In this document: positions 10,711-21,894 of the stretch, piece by piece | How positions within the stretch are numbered: the first letter of the stretch is position 1 | How the letters are laid out: the number at the start of each line of letters is the position of its first letter | NCBI GenBank assembly: GCA_030654075.1 | Contig: JAURYB010000078.1 | Location: 12,918-76,917 of the forward strand | Source: Bacteroidales bacterium | GTDB lineage: Bacteria > Bacteroidota > Bacteroidia > Bacteroidales > UBA4417 | Direction: 5' to 3' | Length of the DNA: 64,000 nucleotides | Position numbers and translations under genes: made by a program | Notes under the pieces: generated by a model | The model's database searches: none | Told to the model about the DNA's origin: nothing | The model's input: the letters and a program-made list of their open reading frames with translations, nothing else

Positions 10711-13700
10711 ATGTCAATTAATCTAAAAAATCTCAAAACGATTGTCCTCTGTACTTTTGCTTTAATGGCAAGTACCCTGGCCAATGCCCAGACCAGGACC
10801 ATAACAGGAACGGTTACTGATAAGTCGGGCGAAAAAGTGATTGGTGCTACCATATCAATTCCGGGCACAACCAACGGAACCTTATCTGATATTGAAGGTA
10901 AGTATTCAATCAGTGTCCCTAAAGATGTAACAGCCCTTCAGTTCTCATTTATAGGAAATGAAACTATTACCGAAACAATCGGCAGCAGGTCGGTTATTGA
11001 TGTGGTAATGACCCAAAGCGCACAAGAACTGGATATGCTGGTTGTTGTAGGTTATGGGACTGTCAGGAAGCGGGATCTTACAGGTGCCGTATCTTCGCTG
11101 AAACCAGCCGAAATTCTCAAGTCTGCTACAAGCAATCCCCTTCAATCCATGCAGGGTAAGGTAGCGGGTATTGATGTTATGAAATCAAGTGGAGAATCCG
11201 GAAGCGGGGTTACCGTTAATTTGCGTGGAAACCGGTCAGTTAATGCTGATAATGCACCATTATACCTTGTTGATGGTATAGAGTATGGATCAACTATCGA
11301 TATAAATTCATCGGATATTGCATCAATTGAAGTGCTGAAGGATGCATCTTCAACAGCTATTTATGGTTCAAAAGGCGCAAATGGTGTAATTATTATAACA
11401 ACTAAACGTGGTGTTGCATCTACCGAAAAGGCAAAAATTACCTTTAACTCGTATGTTTCTTTAAACAGCCCCACCAATCTTCCCAAGTTAATGAATGTTC
11501 AGCAAGAGTATCTCTTTCAGGCTGAAAGACAACGCTATGCCGCTGAAAAGACCGGCAGCACCTGGGGAACAACAGTTATGTCCGATTACCCTGCCGACAA
11601 AGTATTCTCTACTGTGGTTAGCTCGCCCTACGAGAAATCAGTGTACGATATTTACCAGGAAGGTGGTGTAAATTGGTTTGATATGATGTTGCATAACACT
11701 ACATCGCAAAATTATGAGTTGGGTTTGTCAGGAGGAAGTGATAAAACACAATATGCGCTTTCATTTGGTTATATGAACGAAGCTGGTCTTCTCTTAAACG
11801 ACAACCTGAAGAGGTACAATTTCAGAGTTAACCTGGATCATTCTATTACTAAAAGCGTTAAAATTGGAACAAGTATTCAATATACTAACCGCAATTGGAA
11901 CCGTCGTCAGGATAATGTGTATTCACAACTGATTAAGATGCACTCATTAGCTCAGCCTTATCTGGCAAATGGTGAAATTCTCGACAAACCGTCAGAACTT
12001 TCAACAAGTCACACGAATCCGTTATTAAATGAAGTAACCGATTATTATCAGAACAACACTCTTGATAACAGGATTTTTGGCATTGCTTATCTAGATTGGG
12101 AGATACTAAAAGGATTGAAATTCAAATCAACATTTGGACTGGATCTGGATTCAAAAAGGGTTGGGAAATATGAAGATTATATGTGTACGTCCAACTACCA
12201 GTCTGGCCGTGGCTCCAATTTTGATGCCTTAAACAGCCAGTCAACAGGTTTAACCTGGGATAATACCCTAAACTATAACGTAAAACTTAATGAAAAAAAT
12301 GAACTACAGGTATTGGTAGGTCAGCATGCTCAACAAAATGTATATGAATCTCATGATACCTATGGGAATGGCTTGCAGGATCATTATGGAAAAAATGGTT
12401 TCTATGACCTGACTAACATCTTACCGGCAGGGCGTGCTATATTCAATGAATATATTCAAAGTAGTATGCTTTCTTTCTTTGGCAGGGTTAATTACAAATA
12501 TAATAACAGATACCTTCTCACTGCTACGTTACGTGGTGACGGATCATCAAGCCTATCAGCCAATAACAAATGGGGATATTTCCCATCGGTAGCCGGTGCA
12601 TGGGTTATTTCTGAAGAATCCTTCCTGAAAAACGTTACCGTGATCAGTAATTTAAAACTGAGAGTTAGCTGGGGTCAAACAGGCAATTCAGCGGTTAAGC
12701 CCTATCAAACGCTTACAGCATTAGGAAATGAGAAGACATATTATACGTATGGTACTCAGTTAATAAATGGACTGGTGCCTGCCATTCTGGGTAATTCAGA
12801 TCTGACATGGGAAACAACTTCTACCTACGATGTGGGTATGGATGTTTCGATATATAAAGACCGGTTATCTGCAACTTTGGATTATTACCATTCACGAACC
12901 AGTGATTTATTGCTCTACAAAGGATTGCCTGCTACATCAATTTATCCCCAGGTTCTGGCTAATGTAGGGGAGACTGAAAATAACGGGTTTGAAATTGGAT
13001 TAAATGCAAAGGTCATTCAAGGGAAAGACTTTGCATGGAGTACTACCATCAACTATTCAATGAACCGGGATAAAATAGTTTCACTTGCAAGCGGAGCTAT
13101 CCAGGATGTTTCAAATCCTGATCAGGCATTAATAGTAGGTAGCCCAGTTCGTTCATTTTATGGTTATGAGGCTGATGGTTGCTGGAGTATAGCTGATGCA
13201 GCTACCGCGGCTTTGTACAAAAAAGTTCCGGGTGATATAAAAATTATTGACGTAAATAATGATACAATAATAAACGACCAGGATAAACGAATATATAATA
13301 AGAGCCCTAAATTTATAATTGGATGGAGCAACTCCGTTTCATATAAAGGCTTTTCTTTGTCAGCACTTGTTTATGCCAGGGTAGGCCAATGGATTCAATA
13401 CGACTATAACACCGCATATAAACCAACAGAAGCTGATGGGTCGCCTGCTGTTGATTTCTGGACACCGGAAAACCAGGATGCCAGGTTTCCCCGCCCAGGC
13501 ATAGCCTCGCAGAATGATATGCCTGCCTTAGCTTTCGAAAATGCATCTTTCCTGAAGATAAAAGAAGTAACCCTTGGTTATAACTTGCCTAAAAATCTGA
13601 TTGGCAAGATTGGCGTTGATAACCTCCGTTTATATGCTTCATTGCAGAATTATTTTACCTTTAGCAATCTCGACAATTACGATGTTGAACGCGGTGGTTC

Positions 13701-13755
13701 TATCTCTAATCCATTATCGAAACAGATGGTATTTGGAATAAATCTGGAGTTTTAA
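10711..13755 (+). CDS. susC: SusC/RagA TonB-dependent transporter
   Basis: CarboxypepD-like N-domain, VVVGYGT, plug motif IEVLKDASSTAIYGSKGANGVIIITTK, LTWETT, terminal Phe. ATG 10711 preferred because TTG 10687 abuts the promoter. Confidence 0.97.
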   Translation: MSINLKNLKTIVLCTFALMASTLANAQTRTITGTVTDKSGEKVIGATISIPGTTNGTLSDIEGKYSISVPKDVTALQFSFIGNETITETIGSRSVIDVVMTQSAQELDMLVVVGYGTVRKRDLTGAVSSLKPAEILKSATSNPLQSMQGKVAGIDVMKSSGESGSGVTVNLRGNRSVNADNAPLYLVDGIEYGSTIDINSSDIASIEVLKDASSTAIYGSKGANGVIIITTKRGVASTEKAKITFNSYVSLNSPTNLPKLMNVQQEYLFQAERQRYAAEKTGSTWGTTVMSDYPADKVFSTVVSSPYEKSVYDIYQEGGVNWFDMMLHNTTSQNYELGLSGGSDKTQYALSFGYMNEAGLLLNDNLKRYNFRVNLDHSITKSVKIGTSIQYTNRNWNRRQDNVYSQLIKMHSLAQPYLANGEILDKPSELSTSHTNPLLNEVTDYYQNNTLDNRIFGIAYLDWEILKGLKFKSTFGLDLDSKRVGKYEDYMCTSNYQSGRGSNFDALNSQSTGLTWDNTLNYNVKLNEKNELQVLVGQHAQQNVYESHDTYGNGLQDHYGKNGFYDLTNILPAGRAIFNEYIQSSMLSFFGRVNYKYNNRYLLTATLRGDGSSSLSANNKWGYFPSVAGAWVISEESFLKNVTVISNLKLRVSWGQTGNSAVKPYQTLTALGNEKTYYTYGTQLINGLVPAILGNSDLTWETTSTYDVGMDVSIYKDRLSATLDYYHSRTSDLLLYKGLPATSIYPQVLANVGETENNGFEIGLNAKVIQGKDFAWSTTINYSMNRDKIVSLASGAIQDVSNPDQALIVGSPVRSFYGYEADGCWSIADAATAALYKKVPGDIKIIDVNNDTIINDQDKRIYNKSPKFIIGWSNSVSYKGFSLSALVYARVGQWIQYDYNTAYKPTEADGSPAVDFWTPENQDARFPRPGIASQNDMPALAFENASFLKIKEVTLGYNLPKNLIGKIGVDNLRLYASLQNYFTFSNLDNYDVERGGSISNPLSKQMVFGINLEF

Positions 13756-13778
13756 TGTCCTTAACAGCAAAAAAAAAT

Positions 13779-15749
13779 ATGAAAACGAAATTCAAATATA
13801 TCTATATACTTTTTGCCACGCTTACATTAATAAGTGTCTCGTGCAAAGATTTTCTTGAAGAAGAAAACCGAACCGGATCGACTGAAGATGTGGTTTACTC
13901 AACAAAATCAGGCTTAGATGGTCTGGTTGCCTCAAGTTACACTTATTTACGCGCGTGGTATGGAAAAGAAGCTGCCTTTGGCCTGAGTGAAGGTGGTACT
14001 GATACCTGGCTTACAGGTTACGATAACCGTCAAAAAGTGCTGATCGACTATTCCGGTATTACTCCTGAAGTTGCCACTAGTTCCAAAGAAACTATGAATG
14101 CTTGCTTTGATGAATATTGGGAGCTTTTTTATACAGCCATTAACGTTTGCAACACGGGTATTAAATATGTGGCTTTAGCACCTTCCAACGTGCTTTCAGC
14201 ATCGGATAGAGATGCCTACCTGGGTGAATTGAAAACACTTCGTGCTTTCTATTACTGGCACCTGGTTGAAACATGGGGCCCTGTGCAGATTAACCGCGAG
14301 CCTATTTCCAATGCTTCATCCGAAGCCCGTCGCGATTCAGAAGAAGATGTGTATGCCTTTATGCTTGAAGATGTTGATGATGCAATTGTAAAACTGGCAT
14401 CAAAAACAGGAAAAACGGGTAGAATTAACCTTTGGGCTGCAAAAGCGTTAAAAGCCCGTATTCTTTTATATAAAGGCAGTAAATTTAACGATAACCAGGC
14501 ATACATTGATGCTGCAGCAACTGCTGAAGAGGTTATCAGTGGAAGTGGCTGTTCTTTTTATCCCAATTATTCCGATTGCTGGAGTGGTACCAACGAAAAT
14601 GGTGTAGTCAATAAAGAAGTTATCTGGGCTTTGGATTATTCCGAAGTTCTTGAATACAACATATTGCCTAGCAGGCTTAAGACGGATGCTACAGGGAAAA
14701 AGATGACCTGGTCGGGTATGATAGCCCGTAATGCTGCAAATACAATTGGCGGAAATGCAGCACACCTGATGTTTGTTGGTGTTTGGAATATGGTACCCGG
14801 GCTGACAGGTATCCTGATCCGAACAGATACTGAAGCTAAAAAGGCCTTAAAATATCCCGCAGTCGGTGGAAAAACCTATGACCTGGGAGTAAGTTATCAG
14901 CCGTATAGCAAAGGTTTCACCCGCTATGTACCTTCCGGTTATCTCCTGGATCTTTTCAATGACGCTACCGATCAGCGTTACCAGGCATCTTTCCGCGATA
15001 CATACTTTGTTGCTCCTTCGCTGGGCACTGCTTTCGCAACCGGAATTGCACCTCCAACCGGTTATGCAAATATGAGAGACACAGCTATTTATCTTTCAAA
15101 GAATAATCCAACAGCTGATCAAATTACAAGAGCCGCCGGCCGTTATATGCTGTTCTCAAGAACGGATGTTGGTAATGCAAAAGTGTATCCTCTTTATCAG
15201 GATGCTGCCGGAACACTTCCTACAATTGCAACAGGAACTACCGGCAATGACAACCTCAAAGGAAACAGGATGTTCATTCAACTTAAGAAGTTTGATGACT
15301 ATACCGGATCTGTTATACGTGATCTTGGTTCGAGAGATGCTTTTGTATTCCGTCTTTCTGAAATGTACCTGATTGCTGCAGAAGCATATATGAAGTCCGG
15401 ATCAACCGGAAACGCAACGCAAAAACTAAATGACTTACGTAACGCACGTGCCAAATCGGGTCAGACAAATACGCTTACCAGTATTGAGGAGGGAATGGTA
15501 AATTCTCAGGATATTAATGTGATACTTGATGAAAGAGCCCGTGAGTTGTGCGGTGAACAGCAAAGATGGTTTGACCTCAAACGTACCGGAAAACTGATCG
15601 ATAGGGTTGCCTTATACAATGGGACAGCAAAATCTAATATTCAGAGTTATCATATGCTTCGTCCAATTCCACAGCCGCAAATGGATGCAGTAACTAATAG
15701 AACTGGTGGTCCTGATCCGAATGGATTCTGGCAAAATACAGGTTATTGA
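13779..15749 (+). CDS. susD: SusD/RagB glycan-binding lipoprotein
   Basis: Lipobox ISVS-C, LRAFYYWHLV, FRLSEMYLIAAEA, ILDERARELCGEQQRWFDLKR; directly follows susC. Confidence 0.95.
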   Translation: MKTKFKYIYILFATLTLISVSCKDFLEEENRTGSTEDVVYSTKSGLDGLVASSYTYLRAWYGKEAAFGLSEGGTDTWLTGYDNRQKVLIDYSGITPEVATSSKETMNACFDEYWELFYTAINVCNTGIKYVALAPSNVLSASDRDAYLGELKTLRAFYYWHLVETWGPVQINREPISNASSEARRDSEEDVYAFMLEDVDDAIVKLASKTGKTGRINLWAAKALKARILLYKGSKFNDNQAYIDAAATAEEVISGSGCSFYPNYSDCWSGTNENGVVNKEVIWALDYSEVLEYNILPSRLKTDATGKKMTWSGMIARNAANTIGGNAAHLMFVGVWNMVPGLTGILIRTDTEAKKALKYPAVGGKTYDLGVSYQPYSKGFTRYVPSGYLLDLFNDATDQRYQASFRDTYFVAPSLGTAFATGIAPPTGYANMRDTAIYLSKNNPTADQITRAAGRYMLFSRTDVGNAKVYPLYQDAAGTLPTIATGTTGNDNLKGNRMFIQLKKFDDYTGSVIRDLGSRDAFVFRLSEMYLIAAEAYMKSGSTGNATQKLNDLRNARAKSGQTNTLTSIEEGMVNSQDINVILDERARELCGEQQRWFDLKRTGKLIDRVALYNGTAKSNIQSYHMLRPIPQPQMDAVTNRTGGPDPNGFWQNTGY

Positions 15750-15777
15750 TTATTGGTTAGGGTTGAGTTATTGTTAG

Positions 15778-15802
15778 GAGGCTGTCATTTTTTGACAGCC
15801 TC
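15778..15802 (+). terminator. Hairpin after susD
   Basis: Perfect 10-bp stem GAGGCTGTCA-TTTTT-TGACAGCCTC. Confidence 0.65.
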
Positions 15803-16096
15803 TCTGATTTGGCGTTTATAAGTAACCAGGGGGGATAAAATAAAGCACAATATTCACAAGGATTATGGATGTTTTCTTGTGCGATTTCAGCTGGTTAAAG
15901 AAAGAGTATGTATATTTGATTGGGTGTTTTTTAAATAAAGATATGGATTTACCCGGGTTTGAGAGGTTGAGAAATACCTGATTGTCTATTCCTAAAACTA
16001 TGATTTTAATAATTGCCAATCAATAAGAAGACCTAAACAAATTTTAATTGATAAAATACAAATTGTCTTTACAATCCAAGATAACCAGAAGTTAAA

Positions 16097-17092
16097 ATGA
16101 GACTTTTGTTGCTCACTCTTCTAATCGGACTGGCAATAAGCCTATTGCCGTACGGAGCTTATGCCCAGTATGCCACAGAAATGACTGTTGCTCCGGATGG
16201 TACAGGTGATTTTAAATCAATTCAAAGTGCTATTGATAGCTGTAAGGCGTTTCCGGATAAAAGGATCACCATTTTTGTTAAGAATGGAATCTATAATGAA
16301 AAAGTCCGGGTCCCGTCTTTCAATACCCAGTTATCAATTATTGGCGAGAGTGTTGAAAAAACTATTATTTCGTACAACGATAATTTTGCAAAAATTAACC
16401 GTGGCCGGAACAGTACTTTTTATTCTTATTCTCTGCTTATTGAAGCTTCCGATTTTATTATGGAAAATATTACTGTCGAAAACACTTCAGGGCCTGTCGG
16501 ACAAGCTATTGCGTTGCATGTGGAGGGCGATAGATGTGTATTTCGCAATTGCAGGTTTACGGGCAACCAGGATACAGTTTATGCTGGCGGGAAATTCAGC
16601 CGTCAATATTTCCTGAATTGTTATATTGAAGGAACTACCGATTTTATTTTTGGTGAAGCAACCGCTTTGTTCGAAAACTGTACCATTCATTGTAAGAGCG
16701 ATTCATTCATTACAGCCTCCGGCACAACAGAAGGAAAACCTTACGGCTTTGTTTTCCTGAATTGCAAACTCACTGCTGCTGACGGAGTTAAATTGGTTTA
16801 CCTGGGACGCCCGTGGCGTAGTTATGCCAAAGTAGCATTTCTGAATTGTGAAATGGGTTCTTTTATCAGCCCCGAAGGTTGGAGCTATTGGTCTAAAAAT
16901 AATAGCATTAAGCGCGTTAAATTTGTTGAATACAATAATTTTGGTCCTGGCGCTGATATTCGGAAACGGGTCGCCTGGTCACATAAATTAAACAAAAAGG
17001 AAGTCTCGACGTATAACAAAGAACGCATATTTGCTCCTCTTGGTTGGGAAATTAGTTCCGGTAAGAAGTGGTTTGATCCCGATTATAAGTAA
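16097..17092 (+). CDS. Pectin methylesterase (CE8)
   Basis: VAPDGTGDFKSIQSAI, GIYNEKV, QAIAL, GNQDT, IEGTTDFIFG, YLGRPW. Confidence 0.95.
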   Translation: MRLLLLTLLIGLAISLLPYGAYAQYATEMTVAPDGTGDFKSIQSAIDSCKAFPDKRITIFVKNGIYNEKVRVPSFNTQLSIIGESVEKTIISYNDNFAKINRGRNSTFYSYSLLIEASDFIMENITVENTSGPVGQAIALHVEGDRCVFRNCRFTGNQDTVYAGGKFSRQYFLNCYIEGTTDFIFGEATALFENCTIHCKSDSFITASGTTEGKPYGFVFLNCKLTAADGVKLVYLGRPWRSYAKVAFLNCEMGSFISPEGWSYWSKNNSIKRVKFVEYNNFGPGADIRKRVAWSHKLNKKEVSTYNKERIFAPLGWEISSGKKWFDPDYK

Positions 17093-17108
17093 AGAATTAC
17101 TTGAATTT

Positions 17109-18737
17109 ATGAAGCAAATCATAAAGATATTGTGTGCCACTTTATCGCTGGTGTTTTTCAACCAGGTGGAGGCACAAAACCCAAAAGATATGTCTAAAGC
17201 TTGGGTACCCGATAATGGTGACGGAACCTATACAAATCCTGTATTGTATGCCGATTATTCCGATCCGGATGCTATTCGGGTGGGCGATGATTACTTTATG
17301 GTTGCATCTTCGTTTAATTGCGTTCCCGGCTTGCCGATTCTCCATTCATTCGATTTAGTTAATTGGGAGCTCATCGGTTATGCGCTTCCCCGGCTGCAGC
17401 CGTTTGATATTTTCGACAAAGTTCAGCATGGTAAAGGCGTTTGGGCTCCATGCATACGCTTCCATAAAAACGAATATTATATTTTCTATCCTGATCCTGA
17501 TTTTGGAATTTACAGGATAAAAGCTTCCAACCCGGCTGGTCCCTGGTCAGAGCCCATATTGGTTCAATCCGGAAAAGGACTGATTGATCCTGCGCCGTTG
17601 TGGGATGATGATGGGAAAGCTTACCTGGTTTATGCATTGGCAGGAAGTCGGGCAAGTGTTAAAAGTGTTATTCTGATCAGCCGCATGAATGTGGAAGGTT
17701 CCCAATTGGTTGGGAATCCTGTACTGCTTTTTGATGGGCATAAAAATCATCCTACTGTTGAAGGACCCAAAATATACAAACGAAACGGGTACTTCTATAT
17801 ATTTGCCCCGGCTGGCGGCGTTTCGGCCGGCTGGCAGGTAGTTTTGCGATCTAAACATATACTTGGTCCATATGAAGCGAAAGTCGTCATGGCCCAGGGG
17901 AAAACTGATATCAACGGTCCACACCAGGGAGCATGGGTTGACACTAAAACCGGGGAGAACTGGTTTCTTAATTTTCAGGATTTAGGAGCTTATGGAAGAG
18001 TGGTACACCTGAACCCTATGAAATGGGTCAATAACTGGCCGGTTATCGGCACTGATGCGGATGGTGATGGAATTGGAGAACCCGTTCGTACCTATAAAAA
18101 GCCAAACGTTGGTAAAGCCCGATCTTCAGTGACTCCGCCCGAAAGTGACGAGTTTAATACTCCGGAATTAGGCCTGCAATGGCAATGGCAAGCCAATTAT
18201 CAGACTACCTGGGGTTATCCTTCAGGGAATCTTGGATTTTTCAGGCTTAATTGCATTCCCCGACCTGACGATGCGGTTAATTTATGGGATGTTTCAAACC
18301 TGTTGATACAGAAATTTCCTGCACCTGAGTTTACCGCAACAGCGAAATTTACTTTCGATGCACGTTTCGATGGAGAGGAAGTTGGTCTTGTGGTAATGGG
18401 TACAGATTACGGAACTATTTCACTGAAAAGAAACAAGACAAAACTGGAAATTCAAACTACGGTATGCAATCAAGCAGATAAGGCAGCAAAAGCAGAAGTT
18501 ATTGAAACTAAACCTGCAGTTTCTTCAACTATTTATTTCAGGGTTCGTGTTAGCAAAGGAGCTGATTGCCAGTTTAGTTACAGCACTGATGGTGTGAATT
18601 ATACTAAAATAGGCAATTCATTTAAAGCCAGTGAAGGAAAGTGGATCGGAGCAAAACTTGGTTTTTTTGCCTTAAGTAATAGCGTAGTAAATGATGCAGG
18701 TTCGGCGGATATTGATTGGTTTAGAGTGACAAAATAA
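17109..18737 (+). CDS. GH43 glycosidase (xylosidase/arabinosidase type) with C-terminal beta-sandwich
   Basis: ADYSDPDAIRVG, WAP, IDP, EGPK, PHQG. ATG 17109 gives a signal peptide and removes the overlap with CE8. Confidence 0.9.
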   Translation: MKQIIKILCATLSLVFFNQVEAQNPKDMSKAWVPDNGDGTYTNPVLYADYSDPDAIRVGDDYFMVASSFNCVPGLPILHSFDLVNWELIGYALPRLQPFDIFDKVQHGKGVWAPCIRFHKNEYYIFYPDPDFGIYRIKASNPAGPWSEPILVQSGKGLIDPAPLWDDDGKAYLVYALAGSRASVKSVILISRMNVEGSQLVGNPVLLFDGHKNHPTVEGPKIYKRNGYFYIFAPAGGVSAGWQVVLRSKHILGPYEAKVVMAQGKTDINGPHQGAWVDTKTGENWFLNFQDLGAYGRVVHLNPMKWVNNWPVIGTDADGDGIGEPVRTYKKPNVGKARSSVTPPESDEFNTPELGLQWQWQANYQTTWGYPSGNLGFFRLNCIPRPDDAVNLWDVSNLLIQKFPAPEFTATAKFTFDARFDGEEVGLVVMGTDYGTISLKRNKTKLEIQTTVCNQADKAAKAEVIETKPAVSSTIYFRVRVSKGADCQFSYSTDGVNYTKIGNSFKASEGKWIGAKLGFFALSNSVVNDAGSADIDWFRVTK

Positions 18738-18787
18738 GCTGAAAAGGTTCTGCTTTTGAATATTATGTAGCTATACTTTCAATCTAA

Positions 18788-18891
18788 TAGTGCATAGTGC
18801 TTTGTGCGTAGCAGCTTTGGAAATGGTTAGGCATATTTGAAGTTGTTAACTTTTTTATTTCTGGTCACAATGCACTAAGCACAGAGCACAA
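18788..18891. repeat. Inverted heptamer arrays
   Basis: Left TAGTGCA TAGTGCT TTGTGCG TAG; right CACAATG CACTAAG CACAGAG CACAA. Confidence 0.75.
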
Positions 18892-18927
18892 TTCCTTCCC
18901 ATTTTAACACAAACAAAAAAAACAGGC

Positions 18928-18964
18928 AAAAAAATCCTGCCTCAGATTGTATCCAAAGGCAGGA
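18928..18964 (-). terminator. Intrinsic terminator of exuT
   Basis: TCCTGCCT / AGGCAGGA stem followed by a T-tract on the minus strand. Confidence 0.6.
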
Positions 18965-18993
18965 GTAATTGTTTATAATTCAGGACTATATTG

Positions 18994-20289
18994 CTAAATT
19001 GATTTTCCTGTCGGTTTAAGGTCATCGCCCAGTGGATTCATAGTTGGCATCATCCAATGAACTATCCCGAGAATAATCAGATACAGCGTTCCAGCAATCA
19101 GGAATGCATAGAAATAGCCTTCTTTGCCCTGGGCATCAAGAATAGATCCTAAGCTGAAATCAGCTAAGATTCCTGCAACAGCTCCAACCATACCACCGAT
19201 TCCTACCACCGATGCGGTTGCTTTCTTCGGGAAAATATCGCTTACAAAAGTAAATACGTTGGCTGACCATGCCTGGTGTCCGGCAGCAGCTAATCCAATC
19301 AGAATAATTGCAATCCATTGATTATCTGTTTTTGTAGCAAAGGAAACCGGAAGAATAATAACTCCACAGAGCAGCATTGTTATTTTTCGGGAGAAGTTTA
19401 TACTCCTGCCACTTTTTATTAAAGCAGAAGAGAGGTATCCGCCGAAAACACTTCCCAGGTCGGCAAGAACATAAATTACAAGCAGCGGCAAGGCCAAAGT
19501 CTTGATGTTTATGCCAAACTGATCAAACAGGAATTTTCCGCCCCAGAATAAATAAAACCACCAAACAGCATCAAGAATTTTTGTAAGGCTGAATACCCAG
19601 GTTTGCTTTAATGGAAGTACTTTTATCCACGGGATTTTTTCTGTTGTCTCAGGCTCAGAATCGCTTAGAATGTGTTCAAGTTCTTTTTTGGATAATTTCG
19701 GATTGTCTTCAGGCTTCTTGTAGATTTTCAGCCACATAAAAAGCCATATTCCGGATAAAACCCCCGTAATGAGAAACGGATATCTCCATCCATCACCATT
19801 TTCGGCAACTACCAGCATAACCACTATTGGAGCCAGTATTGCACCTACACTGGTAGCGGCATTAAAAATTCCGGTTGCAAAGGCACGTTCTTTTTTAGGG
19901 AACCATTCAGCAACAGTTTTAATACTTGCCGGAAAGTTTCCAGATTCACCAAAACCAAGTCCGAACCGGGCAAGGATAAATCCTGGTAAAGCAAAACTTT
20001 TAGCGATGGTAGCATGCAACATTCCAAAAATACTCCATATTAAAATAGAGAGAGAGAATCCCTTTTTTGTGCCTAGCCGGTCGACAAGGCTGCCCATTAT
20101 AAGCAACCCGACAGCATAAGCTGCTTTAAAGGACATGTTAACCAAAGCATAATCTTTGTTAGTCCAGCTAAATAATTCCATCAGTTTAGGAGCCATAACC
20201 CCTAATAAGCTCCTGTCGAAATAGTTAATGGTTAACGCGAAGAAAAGCATTGCTAAAATCCGCCAGCGGTAATTCCCTGTTTTGCTCAT
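18994..20289 (-). CDS. exuT: MFS hexuronate transporter (ExuT-like)
   Basis: YRWRIL..INYFDR, GESGNFPASIKTVAEWFPKKERAFATGIFN, AAAGHQAWSAN. Confidence 0.85.
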   Translation of the reverse strand: MSKTGNYRWRILAMLFFALTINYFDRSLLGVMAPKLMELFSWTNKDYALVNMSFKAAYAVGLLIMGSLVDRLGTKKGFSLSILIWSIFGMLHATIAKSFALPGFILARFGLGFGESGNFPASIKTVAEWFPKKERAFATGIFNAATSVGAILAPIVVMLVVAENGDGWRYPFLITGVLSGIWLFMWLKIYKKPEDNPKLSKKELEHILSDSEPETTEKIPWIKVLPLKQTWVFSLTKILDAVWWFYLFWGGKFLFDQFGINIKTLALPLLVIYVLADLGSVFGGYLSSALIKSGRSINFSRKITMLLCGVIILPVSFATKTDNQWIAIILIGLAAAGHQAWSANVFTFVSDIFPKKATASVVGIGGMVGAVAGILADFSLGSILDAQGKEGYFYAFLIAGTLYLIILGIVHWMMPTMNPLGDDLKPTGKSI

Positions 20290-20370
20290 AGTTTATTGGA
20301 TAAAAATATTTTATATGCCTTGCGAAAAGTTATTATTGGTTTCGGTATTTGAGAAATCAGGAATTATCTA

Positions 20371-21894
20371 TCAGTTAATCAGCATTTTTTTAACAGACAA
20401 AGCCCCGTTTTGCGAATATACACGAATAATATAGATGCCTTTAGGCCAGTTGTTTGCCTGAATATTTAGCCTACTTGCTGAAATATGACGCGAATATATT
20501 TTTACTCCTGTTATCTGGAATACCTCTACAAAACTAACTAAACCCTGGATAATAATTTCCTTGCTTCCGGGATAATATTTCATTGAAATATCCGAAAGAT
20601 CTGCCGAAGCTAATGGTAGTGAAGTGAAGAAACCGTATTCAAATGGGCCCAAATCGGGAGCTGAACCGCTAAAAGGCAAAGCTACATCAGTTCCTTTATC
20701 AATAAGTCCGGAGTTTTCTATCAGGCGGAAAAGGCCACCCATATATGGCAATGAACCGTCAGCATTTCGGGCTACTTTGCTGCTATCAACCGCTACACTC
20801 TCGAAATCAGCTATTGAAACGGGAATACCGTTCCATGTATTGGTTTGAGAAGCAGTGCCTGGCCCAAATGAATTACCACCTGAAAAAAGCGAGATATTAT
20901 TGGCAAAAGTATTTGCTCCCCGTGCATCTCTGTTATTCGGGAAACTATATCCTATGCCGTCGTTATACGAAATACAGTTGTAGCAGAATACTCGTCCAAC
21001 ACCGTTATTTTGGTCAAAACCTTTCTTGCTTGTACTCAATATTTTGTGCCCGATAGAAATGCAGCGAATCAATGTTGCACCGCCGGGAGAAGAAAGCCCA
21101 CCCACTTTAAAACCATTTCCATTTCCCAGGTTATTGATTACACCGGTAGTTCCACCGGGATAATCAGTTACATCATACGACTTTTGCCCGTTTGTCATCA
21201 CCCAGCAATCTTCGAAGTAGATGTCGTTTTGTGTTTCATAACAGTCATATCCGTCATCTGAGTTATTCCACGAACGACAACGGATAAATTTATTACCGAC
21301 CCCGACTGTAAGTTTACATGAGAAACCATCCGCATTGCCGCCTGCGTTACTTGTTTTATAGTCAAAGTTTTCGTAGGAATCACAGTCGATTACTTCATTA
21401 TAAGCTCCGGTTCCGCCAGTGATTTGCAATCCCCCATCACAGTTTTTATAGAAGCGGCAATTCTGAATCTTGTTGTGTGAGCTTTTTATATGCATACCGT
21501 TGTCGCCGGCACATGTGATATCCAATCCATAAACATAGTAATAATCCTGTGAAACCTGTATTCCCCGCTCACCGGAAGAATTTGTTCCCGAATATCCCCG
21601 GTTATAGAAATCCAGAACAGGGCGCTCATCACCGGGATAAGCAAAAATGGATAAATATTCTGTTGCAGTTCCGCCCTTGCTTAAACTTATCTGAGCATTC
21701 AACATATAGTGACCACCCCTTATATACACTGTATCTCCGGCTATAGCTATGGAAATAGCTGTTGGTATGTCATAAGGAGAATCCAATGTGCCTGTTCCGG
21801 CTGATGTGCCGTTTACAGCTGCAATGTAGTTTTTGGCTGAGACTGAAGTAAATCCAAGGACAACTATAATCAGAAGGAGTAAATTTTTATTCAT
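20371..21894 (-). CDS. PL9-like pectate lyase with T9SS C-terminal domain
   Basis: AGDTVYIRGG, GGNADGF, NNSDDGYD, GNGNGFKVGG, KGFDQN, APDLGPFE; CTD PKGIYIIRV. Confidence 0.85.
   Translation of the reverse strand: MNKNLLLLIIVVLGFTSVSAKNYIAAVNGTSAGTGTLDSPYDIPTAISIAIAGDTVYIRGGHYMLNAQISLSKGGTATEYLSIFAYPGDERPVLDFYNRGYSGTNSSGERGIQVSQDYYYVYGLDITCAGDNGMHIKSSHNKIQNCRFYKNCDGGLQITGGTGAYNEVIDCDSYENFDYKTSNAGGNADGFSCKLTVGVGNKFIRCRSWNNSDDGYDCYETQNDIYFEDCWVMTNGQKSYDVTDYPGGTTGVINNLGNGNGFKVGGLSSPGGATLIRCISIGHKILSTSKKGFDQNNGVGRVFCYNCISYNDGIGYSFPNNRDARGANTFANNISLFSGGNSFGPGTASQTNTWNGIPVSIADFESVAVDSSKVARNADGSLPYMGGLFRLIENSGLIDKGTDVALPFSGSAPDLGPFEYGFFTSLPLASADLSDISMKYYPGSKEIIIQGLVSFVEVFQITGVKIYSRHISASRLNIQANNWPKGIYIIRVYSQNGALSVKKMLIN

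Noticed and set aside
15816-16019. 67-aa minus-strand ORF between susD and CE8
   Set aside because: AT-rich, no motif, and it overlaps a likely CE8 promoter element (TATATTTG at 15911).
17031-17108. Apparent CE8/GH43 overlap and other extended starts (3394, 10687, 24455, 37399, 49431, 55383)
   Set aside because: Longest-ORF artefacts. Downstream starts give proper signal peptides or lie after the promoter.
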